Source: Mobula birostris (lineage: Eukaryota). From it: a stretch of DNA of 64,000 nt. The stretch spans positions 46,795,628 to 46,859,627 of the forward strand of contig NC_092392.1 in assembly GCF_030028105.1 (NCBI RefSeq). Reading direction: 5' to 3'. Position numbers and translations under genes: made by a program. Positions 49,715 to 63,395 of the stretch are shown here, piece after piece; position 1 is the first letter of the stretch, and every line of letters begins with the position of its first letter. The notes below the pieces were generated by a model. It was given only the letters and a program-made list of their open reading frames with translations, did not search any database and was not told where the DNA came from.

Positions 49715-52700
49715 TCTTGTGTATTTAATATCTCAGTGGTATTTGAGTAATAATATAAATATATTGTTTGATTAAACATTTTTGTTTGTTTAAATAATTC
49801 ACAACAGTTTATATGTAAAAATAGGTGAGCTCCATATGTCATGATACTACCACGTTATATATGTGTACCTTGCTTAAAGTAAAAGACAAACCAAAACTTA
49901 CATCTCTTGGCTTTCTTGTTTTCCATTGAATTACTTCTAACAGTGGCAATGAGGTATTTTTAAAATTAACCAGAGATAGCAACCAACCCGTTGAAGTACA
50001 GCAAGACATTCGAAATTTTAAAAAGCGTATTGAGGAATAATTGAATAAAAAAGAAAATAGCATAGCAGGTGCAGAGGCAGTTGAGTTAAAAACAAGGCAG
50101 AGATTGGAAAAATTCATGCGTTCAGAAACAGTGAGCACCAGGTGATAATAATGATAAAAAAGAGCAGAAATGGCTGGCTACATAGGAAAATAGACACGTT
50201 TGATTGCTTAATGGGTAACTGGCTCATATACTTTGAGCTAATTGAACAGTATTTTGAAGCAAGTGAAATAGCCAATGACAGACAAGCACGAATTTTGCTG
50301 AGTTCATAGTAGATAAAGGCATACAGTTTGCTTCAAAGTTTAACAGCTCCAACCAAACAAGCCAAAGTGAGCTTTGCTGATATTGTGAAAGTAATGCAAA
50401 AACATTTAGAGCTGAAACCACTGATGATTTCAGGATGCTTTATGTTACTTAAGTGGAATTAAAAAGAAGGGTAAGTCCATTTCAGCATACGTGGCTGAAC
50501 TGAGGAGATTGTATGAGCATTATCAGTTCAATGATGGGCTTATTGATGCACTGAGGTATCGTTTAGTTTGTGGAATCTTACAAGAAGCCATTCAAAAACA
50601 GCTCCTAACTGAAGCACAATTTACATTTAAAAGAGCAGTTGAAATAGGTCTATCAATAGAAACAGCAGATAGAGACGCAATTGAGTTGCAATCAGGAATA
50701 AAAGTGAGTGTGAGCAAAATTACATCTCTGAACAGAAACTGGGCTGGCTGAAGAAATTGTGTTACCATTGTGGGAGGGGCTCATATACACCAGATCAATG
50801 CAGATTTAAATGTGAAACTTGTACAAAATGCAACAAAGTGGGACACATAGGGTATGTCTGGCAGACAAAAGTAAATGGACTGCACAAGGAAGTGAAAAAG
50901 ATAAAAGTCAAGTTGATGTTTCAAAAAGAGCATTAATCTGCTGCTATTGATGAAAAATCTGATAATGATGAGAGTAACACAGGACTGGGTAGCCTCAATA
51001 TTTACATTGTGAAAACTAACAATAGGCGAGCAATATGCTATAACACAAAAAGTGAATGGCAAATTAGTTAAAATGGAATTGAACACTGGCTCAGATGTTT
51101 CAGTCATTCCATAAATTGAGTTTGAACAGCACTTTAAAGATATTAAAGTGAAGCCTGTAGATATCCAAATAAGAATTAATACTGACATAAAGATAACTTC
51201 TGTGGGACTGACATTCATGATAATGAAATACAACAACTAACAAGCCACATTGGGCTTGTCTGTGGTAAAAGTAGGAGGGCCAGCACTGTGAGGGGGTGAT
51301 TGGCTGGGTCAACTATAATTTGATTGGAGATCCACCCACCATTTGCATGCCACATCCCCAGCAATAAAGCCAACTGGAAGCAAATTAAGAATGGTATTGG
51401 ATGTCGCCACAGTAGTGTTCAAAAGTGACATTGGAAAACTCAAGCATATTAAGGGTAAAATAGTGTTAAATGAAAATGCTGCACCCAAGTTTTGCAAAGC
51501 CTGTCCGATTCCTTACACCATCCACGACAAAGTAGCCAGTGAGCTAGATCGCATGGGAGCTGAAGGAATTCCTTCTAAGACTGAGTGGAGCCACCATGGT
51601 CAAAACTAGTGGTGCTGGTAGCAAAGCAGAATGGGTCTGTCAGGATCTGTGGTGATTTTAAGGTCATCATCAACTCAGTACTGAAAGTAGATCAATACCA
51701 TCTGCCCAGGATAGAGGATATCTTTGCAAACCTTTCTGGAGGAAAACAGTTCAGCAGAGTGCTCTTATCAAATGCCTACCTATAGATGGAGATGGAAGAA
51801 GGTTCCAAAGTGTTTCTCACCATAACCATACACAAACGGCTTGATCGCTATAAAAGACTTACTTTTGGAGCAGCATCTGCACCTGGACTCTGGCAGAAAC
51901 CTATGGACCAGGGGCTGCAAGGCTGCCCAGACTCTCAGTGTTACCTGGATGACATCATTGTTACCTATAAGGACAACAAAGGACATTGCAAAAACCTCAA
52001 TATAGTGCTAAAACAATTAGAAAATTATGGACTCAGAGCACAACACAACACAAACCAAGCATCACTTACTGTGGTCACGCGATTGACATGCAAGGATTAC
52101 ACAAATGTGCTGAGAAAATACAAGCAGTGTCCAAGATATGTGTCGCAGTTGCAGAAACTTTTAAGATTTGACAATTACTGTAACAGGTTCCTGCAAAGCC
52201 TGGCTACTGTGTCCCACCTGTTGAACTCATTACTGCAGATTAGGAAAAAATGGCAGTGGACAAAGCAGTGTGATGTGACTTTCAAAAAGGTAAAGGAAAC
52301 AGTGATGTCAGGCCCTGTACTCACACATTTTGATCCACATCGTCCAGTGAAGCCTGCCTGTGAGGCTTCAATTCATTGTTAGGTGTAATAATGTCACATG
52401 CTACGAGTGATGGAAATGAATGCCTTTGCATCATGTTGTCTTACCGCTGCAGAGAAAAGTTATGCACAGATTGACTGAGAGGCTGGCTTGCAATCTAAAA
52501 CATTTCAACCGGTACTTGTAAGGGAGAACGCTTACCCTCATTACTGATCATCAACCACTACTGATCACTTTCGATTCACGGAAGTGTGTTCCACTAACAG
52601 CAACAGCACAAATACAGAGATGGGCTCAGTTTCTTGGCATCCACAATCACAAGGTTGAATTCAAGAGGATAATGAATCATGGAAATGCTGATGGATTGTC

Positions 52701-54435
52701 CCATTTACTCTCAGAAAGGAAATACTGAAAGTTTTATAAAAAAGGACACTCCTCTGATATATTCTCCCTCAAGCAAATTGAAAGTCTCCCTGTGATGGCA
52801 GAGATGAGCCAAAGGGAAACCAAAAAAGACCACACACTGTCTCAGGTCTATATGGCCACCCAAAATGGCTGGAATATACAGCAGAAGCTCCAGTTTCCCC
52901 ATTCTTACTAGTGCTGAGATGAACTTGCCCTTGAAGGAGGTGGCCTCTTGTGGAGATTGAGAGTTGTTGTACTATCCATGCTGAGAGTTAAAGTGTTGGG
53001 GGAGCTACATGCTGGTCAGCTAGGCGTGCTTAAAATGAAAGAGTTGCCTCAGAGCTTTGTCTGTTGGCCTGGGATAGATCAGTAGATTGAACAGCTCGTG
53101 AGATGCAAACACACCCAGAAAATGCCAAGAGCCGTGCTTCTCCATTCCTGGTAATGGCCTGCATTCCCCTAAGGATTCATGTGGATTTTGTTGGACCATT
53201 CATGGACACAAATTTCTTGATAGTAATAGATGTAGCTACAAAGTGACCAGAAGTGTTCCTACTAGCCTCCACTAGAGCCTCACACACTTTTGATGTGTTG
53301 AGAAGCCTCTTCACGAGAAGTGGCGTTCCAGGACACTTAGTCAGTGAGAATGGACCACAGTTTGTGATGGAACAGTTTCAGTCATTCCTAAAAATGAATG
53401 AAATAAGACATATTACATCTGCACCATACCACCAAGCTACAAATGACTTGATGGAAAGCTTTGTCCAGAGTCTCAAGAATGCACTACGAGCAAAGTCAGC
53501 AGAACAGATTATGCTGACACTGAATCAGAAGCTCGCTGATTTCCTTCTTACATATCACAATGCAACAAACTCCACAGCCAACAACTCACCAGCCACACTG
53601 TTCCTGGGTCATCCCTTGTGTTCAGGCTTGGATCTCATTCTCAGGAGGAGGATGTAGGACAAATAGTTGTGACATACTGAAGGCTCCTGAAACAAGAAAG
53701 TTTGACATTTCACTCTTGGACGAGCAGGGACTACAGAGGTGATTAAAAGTGGGTACTTAGGAAGATTAAAGGCAGAACTGGACCACTCTGCTACACAATG
53801 GAGATTGCACCTGATATCATCAGGAGGCGACAACAGAGCAGAGCAGAATCAATTGTTAGGAAAGAAAGGTGGCTACTGCTGTCAGAACCACCTTCTGCAG
53901 TCTGAGTCAACTCCGAAAACCACCACAGAGGAGGCCCCAGAGCCTGAGATTGTTTGACAGCCAGAAATCGCACCTGCCAAGTAGCGTGAACTCTCTCGTC
54001 AGGAAAAACGTTATCCCACAAGAGGAAGAAAACCTCTTCAGCAATTCAATCTTTTGGACTGAATGGAACAATTACAAACTTACTATGTGGTAGATGTCTG
54101 TACAGTAGTTCTATTATTTCACATACGGTATATATAGTGGAGATGCATTCTATATTGAGTTGGAGTTTATAGCTATGCAGGGGAGTATTGCATATTTAAT
54201 ATCTCCATAAAATATGAGTAATATTGTAAATATATTATTTGATTAAGCATCCTTGATCCTTTAAATAATTCACTACATGTTATATGTAAAAGTACATAAA
54301 TTGCATATGTCATGATGCTACCATGTGATATTTGCGCACCTCACTTATGATAAAAGGTGACCTAAGACTCGCATCTCTCGGGTGTTTTGGTTTCCTTGGA
54401 ATTAGTTTCATGTTTTGTAGTCACTAAATATAACA
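49715..54435 (+). mobile_element. Old full-structure Gypsy LTR retrotransposon (gag with two CCHC-like knuckles, PR-RT-RH-IN)
   Basis: Diverged LTRs about 49715-49942 and 54186-54435; PBS tggcaatgagg (degenerate tRNA-Ser-like TGGCGACGAGG); PPT gcaggggag. Motifs LRYRLVCGI, MELNTGSDVSVI, RICGDFK, CYLDDIIV, IHVDFVGPF, LVSENGPQF; many stops. Confidence 0.9.
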
Positions 54436-54800
54436 GTTCTGTTATCAGACAATGGGATAATATGGCACTGTGGTGCAGACTGAATGCAGAAATACCTACA
54501 AAAACATCAAGGTGCTGTTCCCACATGATAAATCCACACTGACTTCACTGGAGAACCAGGGCTCGTCTATTGTGGTATTAATGAACAGGAGCTGAGCCCA
54601 TTGCTGTACACACTGCTCACTGCTGACTGCATGGGCAAACACTCAAGTGATCACCTTGTCAAGCTCGCTGGTGACAAGACAATGGTGTGACTCAGCCCCA
54701 ACGATGATGAGAGGGTCTACAGGGAGGAGGTGGAAGAGCTCGAGGCCTAGTGCAAGACAAATAATCTCTTTCTCATTGCCAAAAAGACAAAGAAAATGTT

Positions 54801-57800
54801 TATCCCTACATGATCAACTGTCAAAGTATCATCATGTTTACGAATCTTAGTGATTTGACGTTTAACCGAATTGAATTTCAATTGATTAGCTAATAATTTA
54901 CCCGATTTATCACTATGAATATAAAAATCACTTCTAGTTCTCATTAATTGATTTTCAATCGAGGATGTTAATAATAAGCTATGTTCCAATTGGAGTTCAA
55001 CTCTGTGTTTATATAGCTCCTTAGTGGGAGAAATAGCATATTTTTTTATCGATTTCTTTAATTTTATCAACCAACAAAAGTACTTCATTCTTAACACTTC
55101 TTTTCAAACCAGCTGAATAAGAAATAATCTGACCACGGATATAAGCTTTTAAAGCGTCCCAAACTGTTCCATTGGAAACTTCTTCCGTGGTATTAGTTGA
55201 AAAGAAGAAATCAATCTGATCCTTTATAAACTTGACAAAATCCGAGTCTTGAAGCAAAATAGGGTTAAATCGCCATTGTCTATTAGTAGAAGAAGTATCC
55301 ATTAACTTGATAGAAAGTTTCATTGGAGCATGATCTGAAATGGCGATAATGTCATAATTACAATCAATTACAGATGGGATTAATCGAGAGTCAATAAAAA
55401 AATAGTCAATTCGAGAATAAGAATGATACACGTGTGAAAAAAAAGAGAATTCTTTGTCATTTGGATGTAGAAATCTCCAAATTTCTGAGATCCCAGAATC
55501 AAACATAAAAGAGTTAATAAGAGTAGCCGACTTATTCGGTAAAGCCGGACTACCTATGGATCTATCCAACATGGGGTTCAAACATAAGTTAAAGTCACCG
55601 CCCATTATCAGCATATACTCGTTTAAGTTAGGAAAGGAAGTGAATAGGTGTTTAAAAAACTCAGGATGATCCACATTCGGAGCGTAGACATTAACCAGAG
55701 CAACCTTTTTATTGAAAAGTACCCCAGTGATTAATAAAAATCTGCAATTAGGATCTGAGATAATATCTTGATGAGTAAATGTAATTGAGGGATCTATAAA
55801 AATTGAAACGCCTTTAATTTTGGCTTGAGCGTTGGAGTGGTATTGTTGTTCCTTCCAAAACTTAAAGAAGCATTGATTATCCTCTTTCCTTACATGAGTT
55901 TCTTGTGCAAAAATAATATGAGCATTCAGTCTTTGGAATACTTTGAAAATCTTTTTCCGTTTTATTGGATGGTTTAAACCATTTGTATTCCAAGAGACAA
56001 AATTAATAATGTGAGCCATAATTTAAAACCTTTCAAGAATTTTATACCTCTCTATATCACTCTGATTTTCTTCATGATTCCAATTTCATGCATGATTTTT
56101 TAGATAAGCTGAATTTTCCAAAATTATCACCCAAAGATTGCTTATCATTAGAAACTCCCATTACAGAGGAAGAAATAATAACTGCAATCTCATCATTGAA
56201 TTCTGGTAAAGCACCCGGTCCAGATGGGTTTACAGTGGAATTTTTAAAATTTTTTTCCTCCATTTCTTCTCTGAAGTTGTCTAGAATATTCAAAGAAGCA
56301 ATCAGTTTAGGAAAATTACCACAATCGTTTTATGAAGCCTCTATCTCTTTAATTCTTAAAAAGAATAAAGATCCTACTGATTGTGCATCACCTACACCTA
56401 TATCTCTTTTGAATGTAGATTCAAAAATTTTTTTAAAAATTCTAGCAACTAGGTTAGAGAAGACATTACCTCAAATTATATCTATGGATCAAACTGGATT
56501 TATTAAAAATTGTTATTCATCATTTAATATTAGGAGGTTAATGAATATTGTTTATACCCCTTCACTTATTACCCCAGAATGTATTATCTCATTAGATGCT
56601 GAGAAAGCCTTTGACAGAGTCGAATGGCCTTATTTATTTAATGTCCTTGAGAAAATCAATTTTAGTCTGACATTTGTATCTTGGATTAAATTGTTATACT
56701 ACTCCCTTGTAGCCTCGGTTTGTACTAATAATCATAAATCTCCTTTTTTTCATCTTTTTCGTGGTACTAGGCAAGGATGTCCTCTTAGTCCCTTACTTTT
56801 CAATATCGCCCTTGAACCTTTAGCAATTGCTATCCGTGACTCACCCAACATTTTTGGTATTACCCGCGGAAACGAAACACATAAATTATCACTATATGTA
56901 GACTATCTGTTGTTATACATCTCCAATCCGGAGAAGTCAATTCCTGCTACTCTAGGTTTGTTGGCTCAATTTAGTAGTTTTTCTGGTTACAAATTGAATC
57001 TTAATAAGAGTGAATTATTCCCCCTAGATAAGCAGGTACCTATTTATGGATGTTTACCATTTAAATTGGTTATTGATTCATTTATATATTTAGGGATAAC
57101 AATTATGAAAAAGTATAAAGATTTATTTAAAGTTAATTTCTTACCCTTAATTGATCAGATTAAACTTTTGTTTACTAAATGGTCACCAATCTCTTTGTCT
57201 TTGATTGGTCGGATTAATGTTATTAAGATGATTATTTTGCCCAAATTTTTATATGTATTTCAATTGGTTCCAATTTTTATCCCAAAATCTTTTTTCGATA
57301 ACATAGACTCAAAAATTTCTTCATATATATGGCAGAACAAAAATCCTAGGTTAGGTAAAAGGTATTTACAGAAACCTGAAAAGGAGGGGGGACTTGCCCT
57401 CCGGAATCTTAGATTTTATTATTGGGCAATTAATATTCGATATTTATAATTTTGACTACGAGATTTGGATGTATCTTTAAGCCCACATTGGGTAAATCTT
57501 GAATGTAATTCATTACAAGTGTTTTACTTGGGTTCGGTTTTAGGAACTTCCCTTCCTTTTACTTCTTCCAAACTGTATAAACAAATGAATAATCCAATAG
57601 TTAAGCATACTTTAAGTATATGGTTTCAATTTCGAAGATTTTTTGGGTTTAATCAATTTATTTTAGCAAGTCCTATTATATCTAATTTCCTTTCTCAACC
57701 CTCCACTATGGATCAAGCTTACTCTGATTGGAAAACCAAAGGTATAATTCGTTTTCATGATTTATTTCTGGATAATTGTTTCATGTCTTTTGATCAACTT

Positions 57801-59537
57801 TCTAATAAATATAACTTACCCAGATCTCACTTTTTTAGATATCTACAGATTAGAAACTTTTTAATTACTGGTTCTCCTAATTTTCCACACCCATATCCAA
57901 TAGACACTTTGGAAAAAATTTTAGATTTAAATCTTTCACAGAAAAGTGTTGTAGCAATTATATAAAGTATAGTTATGAGTTTATGCCCTGATGTTTCCAA
58001 TAAAATTAAAGCTGACTGGGAAAGAGAACTTAAGATTATTATACCAATTGAAAAATGGGAAAAAATTCTTCAGTTGGTTAATTTATCCTCTATATGTGCT
58101 AAGGGGTATATGGGGTGTCAGGGAGGGGTAGCACCTCTGGTGGGGGAACATGTCGCGTCCTTTTCAGGGCGGTTAGTCCACCTTTGGTCCCCACCTGGTA
58201 CTCAGCTCTCACCTGTGGCTCCCCGTAGCTGTTTGCATGCGACAGCGGCCACACCCCGGGCAACGGCTTCAACAAGCCGGCTAAACCAGGTGAGAGTAGC
58301 CGACAGGTCTCAAACCCTTGGTGAGATAGGGAGTTGTCTATCCCAGCATGTGAAGACAGACTCCGGCGGATTGAGCGGACGAGACCAGCGGAAAGTTCAA
58401 CGGTCAAGAAGGCGGTCTCTGCAAGCGTCGTGGAACATGTAGAGCAGGACAAGACACAGAAGACGTCCTGGTCATCCACTGCGCCTAGTCCCATCTCCAG
58501 CCGTCTAGACTCTGTCTTGCCACTGGATCCAGATGGGAATTGGGAAGAGAGAGTGAGGCTGACGCTGTGCAACTCTCCCTCACTTAAATCCAAATCATGC
58601 ACTAGTCTCGACACCATCATTATGGTGTCGAGGTCCTCTTCGATGTCAACGATGGATGAACAACAATATGTGCTAAACATGTGTTGATACAGTTTAAAGT
58701 TGTGCACAGGGCTCATATGTCCAAAGATAAACTATCTCGTTATCATTCTTATATTAATCCAGTATGTGATAGATGTCATTGCGAGATAGCTTCTTTAACT
58801 CACATGTTTTGGTGATGTCCTTTGTTGGAAAAATATTGGAAAGATATTTTTGACATTATTTCCACGGTTTTGAATACAGACTTACAACCCCATCCAATTA
58901 CTGCTATTTTTGGATTACCAATGATAGATTCAAATTATTTAACCTCTTCAGCACGTAGGATGATTGCATTTCTTACTCTAATGGCTAGAAGATCCATTTT
59001 GCTGAATTGGAAAGAGATTAACCCTCCTACTGTATTTCATTGGTTTTCACAAACTATGGTATGTTTGAATTTGGAAAAAACTAGAAGTGCGGTTTATGAC
59101 CCTTCTATTAGATTTGAAAAAACTTGGAGGCTATTCATTCAGCATTTTCATTTGATGTAATTTGACTATTTCCAAACTTTATTTCTCCGTACTGTTGGTT
59201 GAGAGGAATGGAGTCGTTTTCCTTTTTCCCATTTTCAAGTTGTTAGCATTGCCCAAGTCTTTCAGTTCAGTTTACTAATTCTTTTTAGTTTAGCTTTTTT
59301 TGGGGATGGGGTTTGTTTTCTTTTCTTTTTTTTTTCTTTTTCATGATTTTTCTTCAGTTTTTTTTGTTTTGTTTTACTCATTGTTATTTTACACGATTGG
59401 GAGTTTCGTCAATTTATACTATATGGTTTTACAATTACTCATTTTAACTGTAACAATGTATCTCCTACTACTTGTATTTTTGTTTTGTTATATTTTCATT
59501 TTATGAAATTAATAAAAAGATTGAAAAAGAAAGAAAG
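54801..59537 (+). mobile_element. L1 LINE (ORF2 only) with 5' inversion
   Basis: Inverted part 54801-56024 encodes the ORF2 start/APE (SWNTNGL, QETH, MGGDFN, SRIDY, ISDH). Forward part 56025-59537 encodes RT (KAPGPDGF, SLDAEKAFD, RQGCPLSP, YVDY), a C-terminal zinc knuckle (CDRC..HMFW*C), AATAAA at 59511 and an A-rich tail. TSD aaatgtt at 54794-54800 / 59538-59544. Confidence 0.93.
58103..58665 (+). mobile_element. 563-bp non-autonomous retroposon (RTE-like) inside L1 ORF2
   Basis: 11-bp TSD atatgtgctaa (58092-58102 / 58666-58676). L1 frame LSSICAK|HVLIQFKV is restored on removal. 3' hairpin plus (CAA) tail; CpG-rich. Confidence 0.85.
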
Positions 59538-59790
59538 AAATGTTGATCGACTTCAGGAGAACTCGCACCACTCACACTCAGTTTTATGTTAGCACAACAG
59601 TGGAAACTGCGAGCATTTTCAAACTTCTGGGAGTACACATCTCGCACAACCATTCATAGTCGCAGAACATATTCTACACAAAGAGGAAAGCTCACCAATG
59701 CTGCTACTTTCTGAGAAGAGCTGGATTATGCATAGCTATACTCATATCATCCTACAACTGTGCAGTAAACAACATCCTAAAAAGCTGCTC

Positions 59791-62700
59791 TGGTTAAGAT
59801 GGCATCGATAAGTGGTGACTGACTTCACTGGAGAACCAGGGCTCACTTATTGTGGTATTAATGAACAGGAGCCGGGCCCATTGCTATACACTCTGCTCAC
59901 ACCTGACTGTATGGGCAAACACTCACATGAATAGCTCCAAATGGTATCCTCAAATTTCCCATTGAGGACTACTACAGCTGAAATCCACAGTCACAGCCAT
60001 GGGTATTTCAGTAAGCAACATTTTTATCAAAATGTTTTAAAAATCTATTGAAACTCAAAATTGACAGACCCCAGAGAGCAGACTCAGAACACGAGTGCAA
60101 TTCCCCTTTAAGAAAAAGAAGGCACACTGGTTTACAGGTACAATTGAAATGCCAAGGCCTTAGAACACCTCTCCTGACTATCCTGCTAATGAATGTACAG
60201 TCTCTGGAAAATAAATTGAAGACTTTAGAGCAAGATTACTACACCAGCAAGACACCAGGGGTTGCTGTATACTTTGCTTCACGGAAACTTGGCTGTCTTC
60301 CACCATCTCGGACACAGTGCTGCTTCACCATTCCCTACAAAGTCAGAACAGCTCAGGCTTTTAAAGATAGAGGAGGTGGAGTATGCTTTATGATTAACTC
60401 ATCATAGTGCATAGATGTTGCAGTTCTGTTTTAGTCCTGCTCACCCGACCTGAAACAACTTGCAGTCAAATGTCATCCATTTTATCTGCTGAGGGAGTTT
60501 TCTGCCATCATCCTGGTAGCCACGTACATTCCACCTCAGGCCAACATCAGTAAGGCACAGGCAGAGCTGACCGCTATAATCAACAGGCACAAAACTGTGT
60601 ATCCTTGATAGCTTCCCTATCATTGCAAAGGAAATCAACCAGCCCAGCTTGATGGAGTCTCTGAACAACTACCATTAACATATCATTTCTGCAACCAGAG
60701 GACCACAGCACCAGTGGTGAGGACCAAGAAAATATGGTCAAAGGAGGTGGAGGAGTGCTCTTAGGACTACTTTGACTGGACAATACTTAGGGATTCATCT
60801 TCGAGCTTGAATGAATATATCACAGTTGTCACCGACTTCATCAAAACCTGTGTGGATGAGTGTGTGCCTTCGAGAACATAACAGACATACCCAAACCAAA
60901 GGCAGCAGATGAACCAGGGATATATGGTCTGCTTAGGACCAGATCTGTGGTATTCAAGTCTGGTGATCCAGAACTATACAAGAAGTCCAGGTATGAACTA
61001 TAAAAGGCCATTTTAAGAGCAAAAACTCAATTGAGGTTAGAGACAAAATTGGATGCAAGTCAGCTCTAGTAGGGTATGCAGACCATTACTTCCTACAAAG
61101 CAAAACCTAACACTATGAATGGCTGTGATGGTTCACTCCCAGGTGTGCTCAACGTCTTTAACGCATGATGTGAAAAGGAGAATAAAACTACACCTGTCCA
61201 AATCACTGCAGCAATTGGTGACTATAGAGATCTTTGTCTCAAAAGCCCGATCTCAGAACATCTTTCAAGAGGGTGAACCTTCGCAAGGCATCATGCCTTG
61301 ATGGTGTATCCGGCAGGGCTCTGAAAACCTGTGCTACTCATCTGGTGGGAGTGTTCAATCTCTCACTGCTGCCGTTGAAGGATCCCACCAGCTTCAGAAG
61401 GCTGACAATCAGATCAGTGTTCAAGAAGAGCAGGGTGAGCTGTCTCAATGACAACACCCAATGGCACTCACATCTACTGTGGGAAATGCTTCAAGAGGTT
61501 GGTCATGACTAGAATCAGCTCCTGTCTAACCATTAGTCTACAGTGGAAGCAGTCTCACTGGACATCCACTCGGCCTTGGGTCATCTGGACAATAGTAGTA
61601 CCTCATCAAGCTGCTATTTTAGTTATTAGCTAGCGTTCAACACCATCGTACCCTCAGTCCTGATCAACAAGCTCCAAAACCTGGGCTTCTGTATCTCCCT
61701 CTGCAACTGGATCCTTGACTTCCTCGCAGGGAGACCTCAATCTGTGTTGGATCAGTAAAAACATCTCCTCCTCGATGACAATCAACACTGGTGCACATCA
61801 GTGGGTGCTTAGCCCACTACTCTACTCTTCTACACTCAAGATTGCGTGGGTAGGCACAGATCAAATGCCATCTATAAATTCTCAGACGAAACAACTATTG
61901 TTGGCAGAATTTTGGATGGTGATGAGGAGGCATACAGGAACGAGATAGATCAGCTGGTTCAGTGGTGTTGCCTCAACAACCTTGCACTCAACATCAATAA
62001 GACAAAGAAATTATTTGTGGACTTCAGGAAAGGGAAGTTGAGAGAACACGTCATTGAGGAATCAGCAGTGGAAAGGGTGAGCAGTTTCAAGTTCCTTGGT
62101 GTCAACATCTCTGAGGATCTATCCTGGGTCCAACATATTCATGCAATTACTAAAGGGTTTGAGGAGACTTAGTATGTCATCAAGCACACTTGCAAATTTC
62201 TACAGGTATACCATGGAGAGCATTTTAACAGGTTGCATCACAATCTGGTATGGAGGGACCACTGCAGAGGTTTGGGCAAAGCTGCAGGAATTTGCAAAGT
62301 CAGACAGCTCCATCATGGGTATGCTCTCCAGCATCAAGAACCTCTTCAAAAAGTGATCCTTCAAAAAGGCGGCCTTCATCATTAAGGACCCCATCACCCT
62401 GAAATGCCCTCATCTCACTATTACCAGGGAGGAGGTACAGGAGTCTGAAGATACACACACAATTTTTAAGGAACAGCATCTTCCCCTCTGCCATCAGATT
62501 TCTGAATGGACAATGAACCCATGAACACTACCTCACTATTTTTTTCTCTCTTTTTGCATGACTTATTTAATTTTTTTAAATATATATTTATTGTACTGTA
62601 TAGTTTTTTCATTATTATGTACAGACACTCCAGTGCCTAGCATCACTTTATGGACATAGAATCAATCTACGTATGTAAGTTATCTTATGTATTTGTATTT

Positions 62701-63395
62701 ATTCTGTGTTTTTTAATTATTGTGTTTTTTTTGGTGCTGTATCGATCTGGAGTAACAATTACTTCGTTCTCCTTTACACTTGTTTCTGAGGTCGGAGGCC
62801 TCCGTCAGTCAGAATTGAACATTGATATTGCATCCTAGCTGTCTAGATATGTAAGCCTGGCAGTATAATACGGAGAGGAAGCTGTTGCCCATGCAGCAAA
62901 CTCCTCTTCTCCATGCATCTGATAAACCTAAAGAAATGGCAGAGACCAATACAGTTTGGTACCAGAAGTGTCACAGGAGTTGTCAGTCAGCATTGGACTC
63001 AATGTAGGACTGCCTTAGGACTTCCAGCTCCGGATTTTTCCCTCAGCAGTTACTCCTAAAGCCTTCCCCATGAGTGGGTATAGCTGCAAGGCAGTGGAGA
63101 TTTGAGATCAGAGTTTTCCTCCTCCTGGATGAGCTGCCAACCACAGTTGGTGAGCCCTATCTGTCCAAAGCCACTGGTTTTAAGGTACCTTCTCCTGCCA
63201 GTAAAAACAGTTCCGCTGGGCTTAGTAGCTAAGCACACATGAAGGCCAGGAGCCAGACTTGGTTGTCAGAGGCTATCTGAGATGCACGCCATTGGGAGCA
63301 CTTAATAGGTAGTGGGAGCTTATCCCCATTAGCACCCCCAGCTATAACAACCTTAAGGAACTTGTGTACTGGAAATGACATTAAACAATCTTGGA
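59791..63395 (+). mobile_element. Near-full-length degenerate Rex1/Babar-type LINE
   Basis: 5' aagatggc start; motifs LLTILLMNVQSLENK, CFTETWL, RGGGVCFMIN, RVNLRKA, IYKFSDETTIVG, SFKFLGVNISEDL; composite 3' UTR that resumes after 63359. Confidence 0.85.
62784..63359 (-). mobile_element. 576-bp non-autonomous retroposon (RTE/Ingi-like) inserted in a LINE tail
   Basis: TSD acttgt at 62778-62783 / 63360-63365; removal restores ctcctttacacttgtgtactggaaatgacattaaac, the tail also seen at about 40615. No ORF. Orientation and family are inferred. Confidence 0.7.

Larger units (their letters stand above)
54540..59790 (+). mobile_element. Rex1/Babar-type fragment (54540-54800 plus 59545-59790) split by L1
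   Basis: LSPLLYTLLT..; KTKKM|LIDFRR continues across the L1. Confidence 0.75.

Noticed and set aside
49710-54440. TSD for the Gypsy at 49715-54435
   Set aside because: The flanks (agtag / gttct) do not match convincingly; the element is old.
58099-58716. 205-aa and 117-aa ORFs
   Set aside because: Chance frames in a GC-rich non-coding insert, crossing the TSD boundaries.
63240-63345. HDV-like ribozyme at the presumed 5' end of the 62784-63359 element
   Set aside because: Only a possible P1 pairing was visible; I could not assign the full nested pseudoknot by eye.
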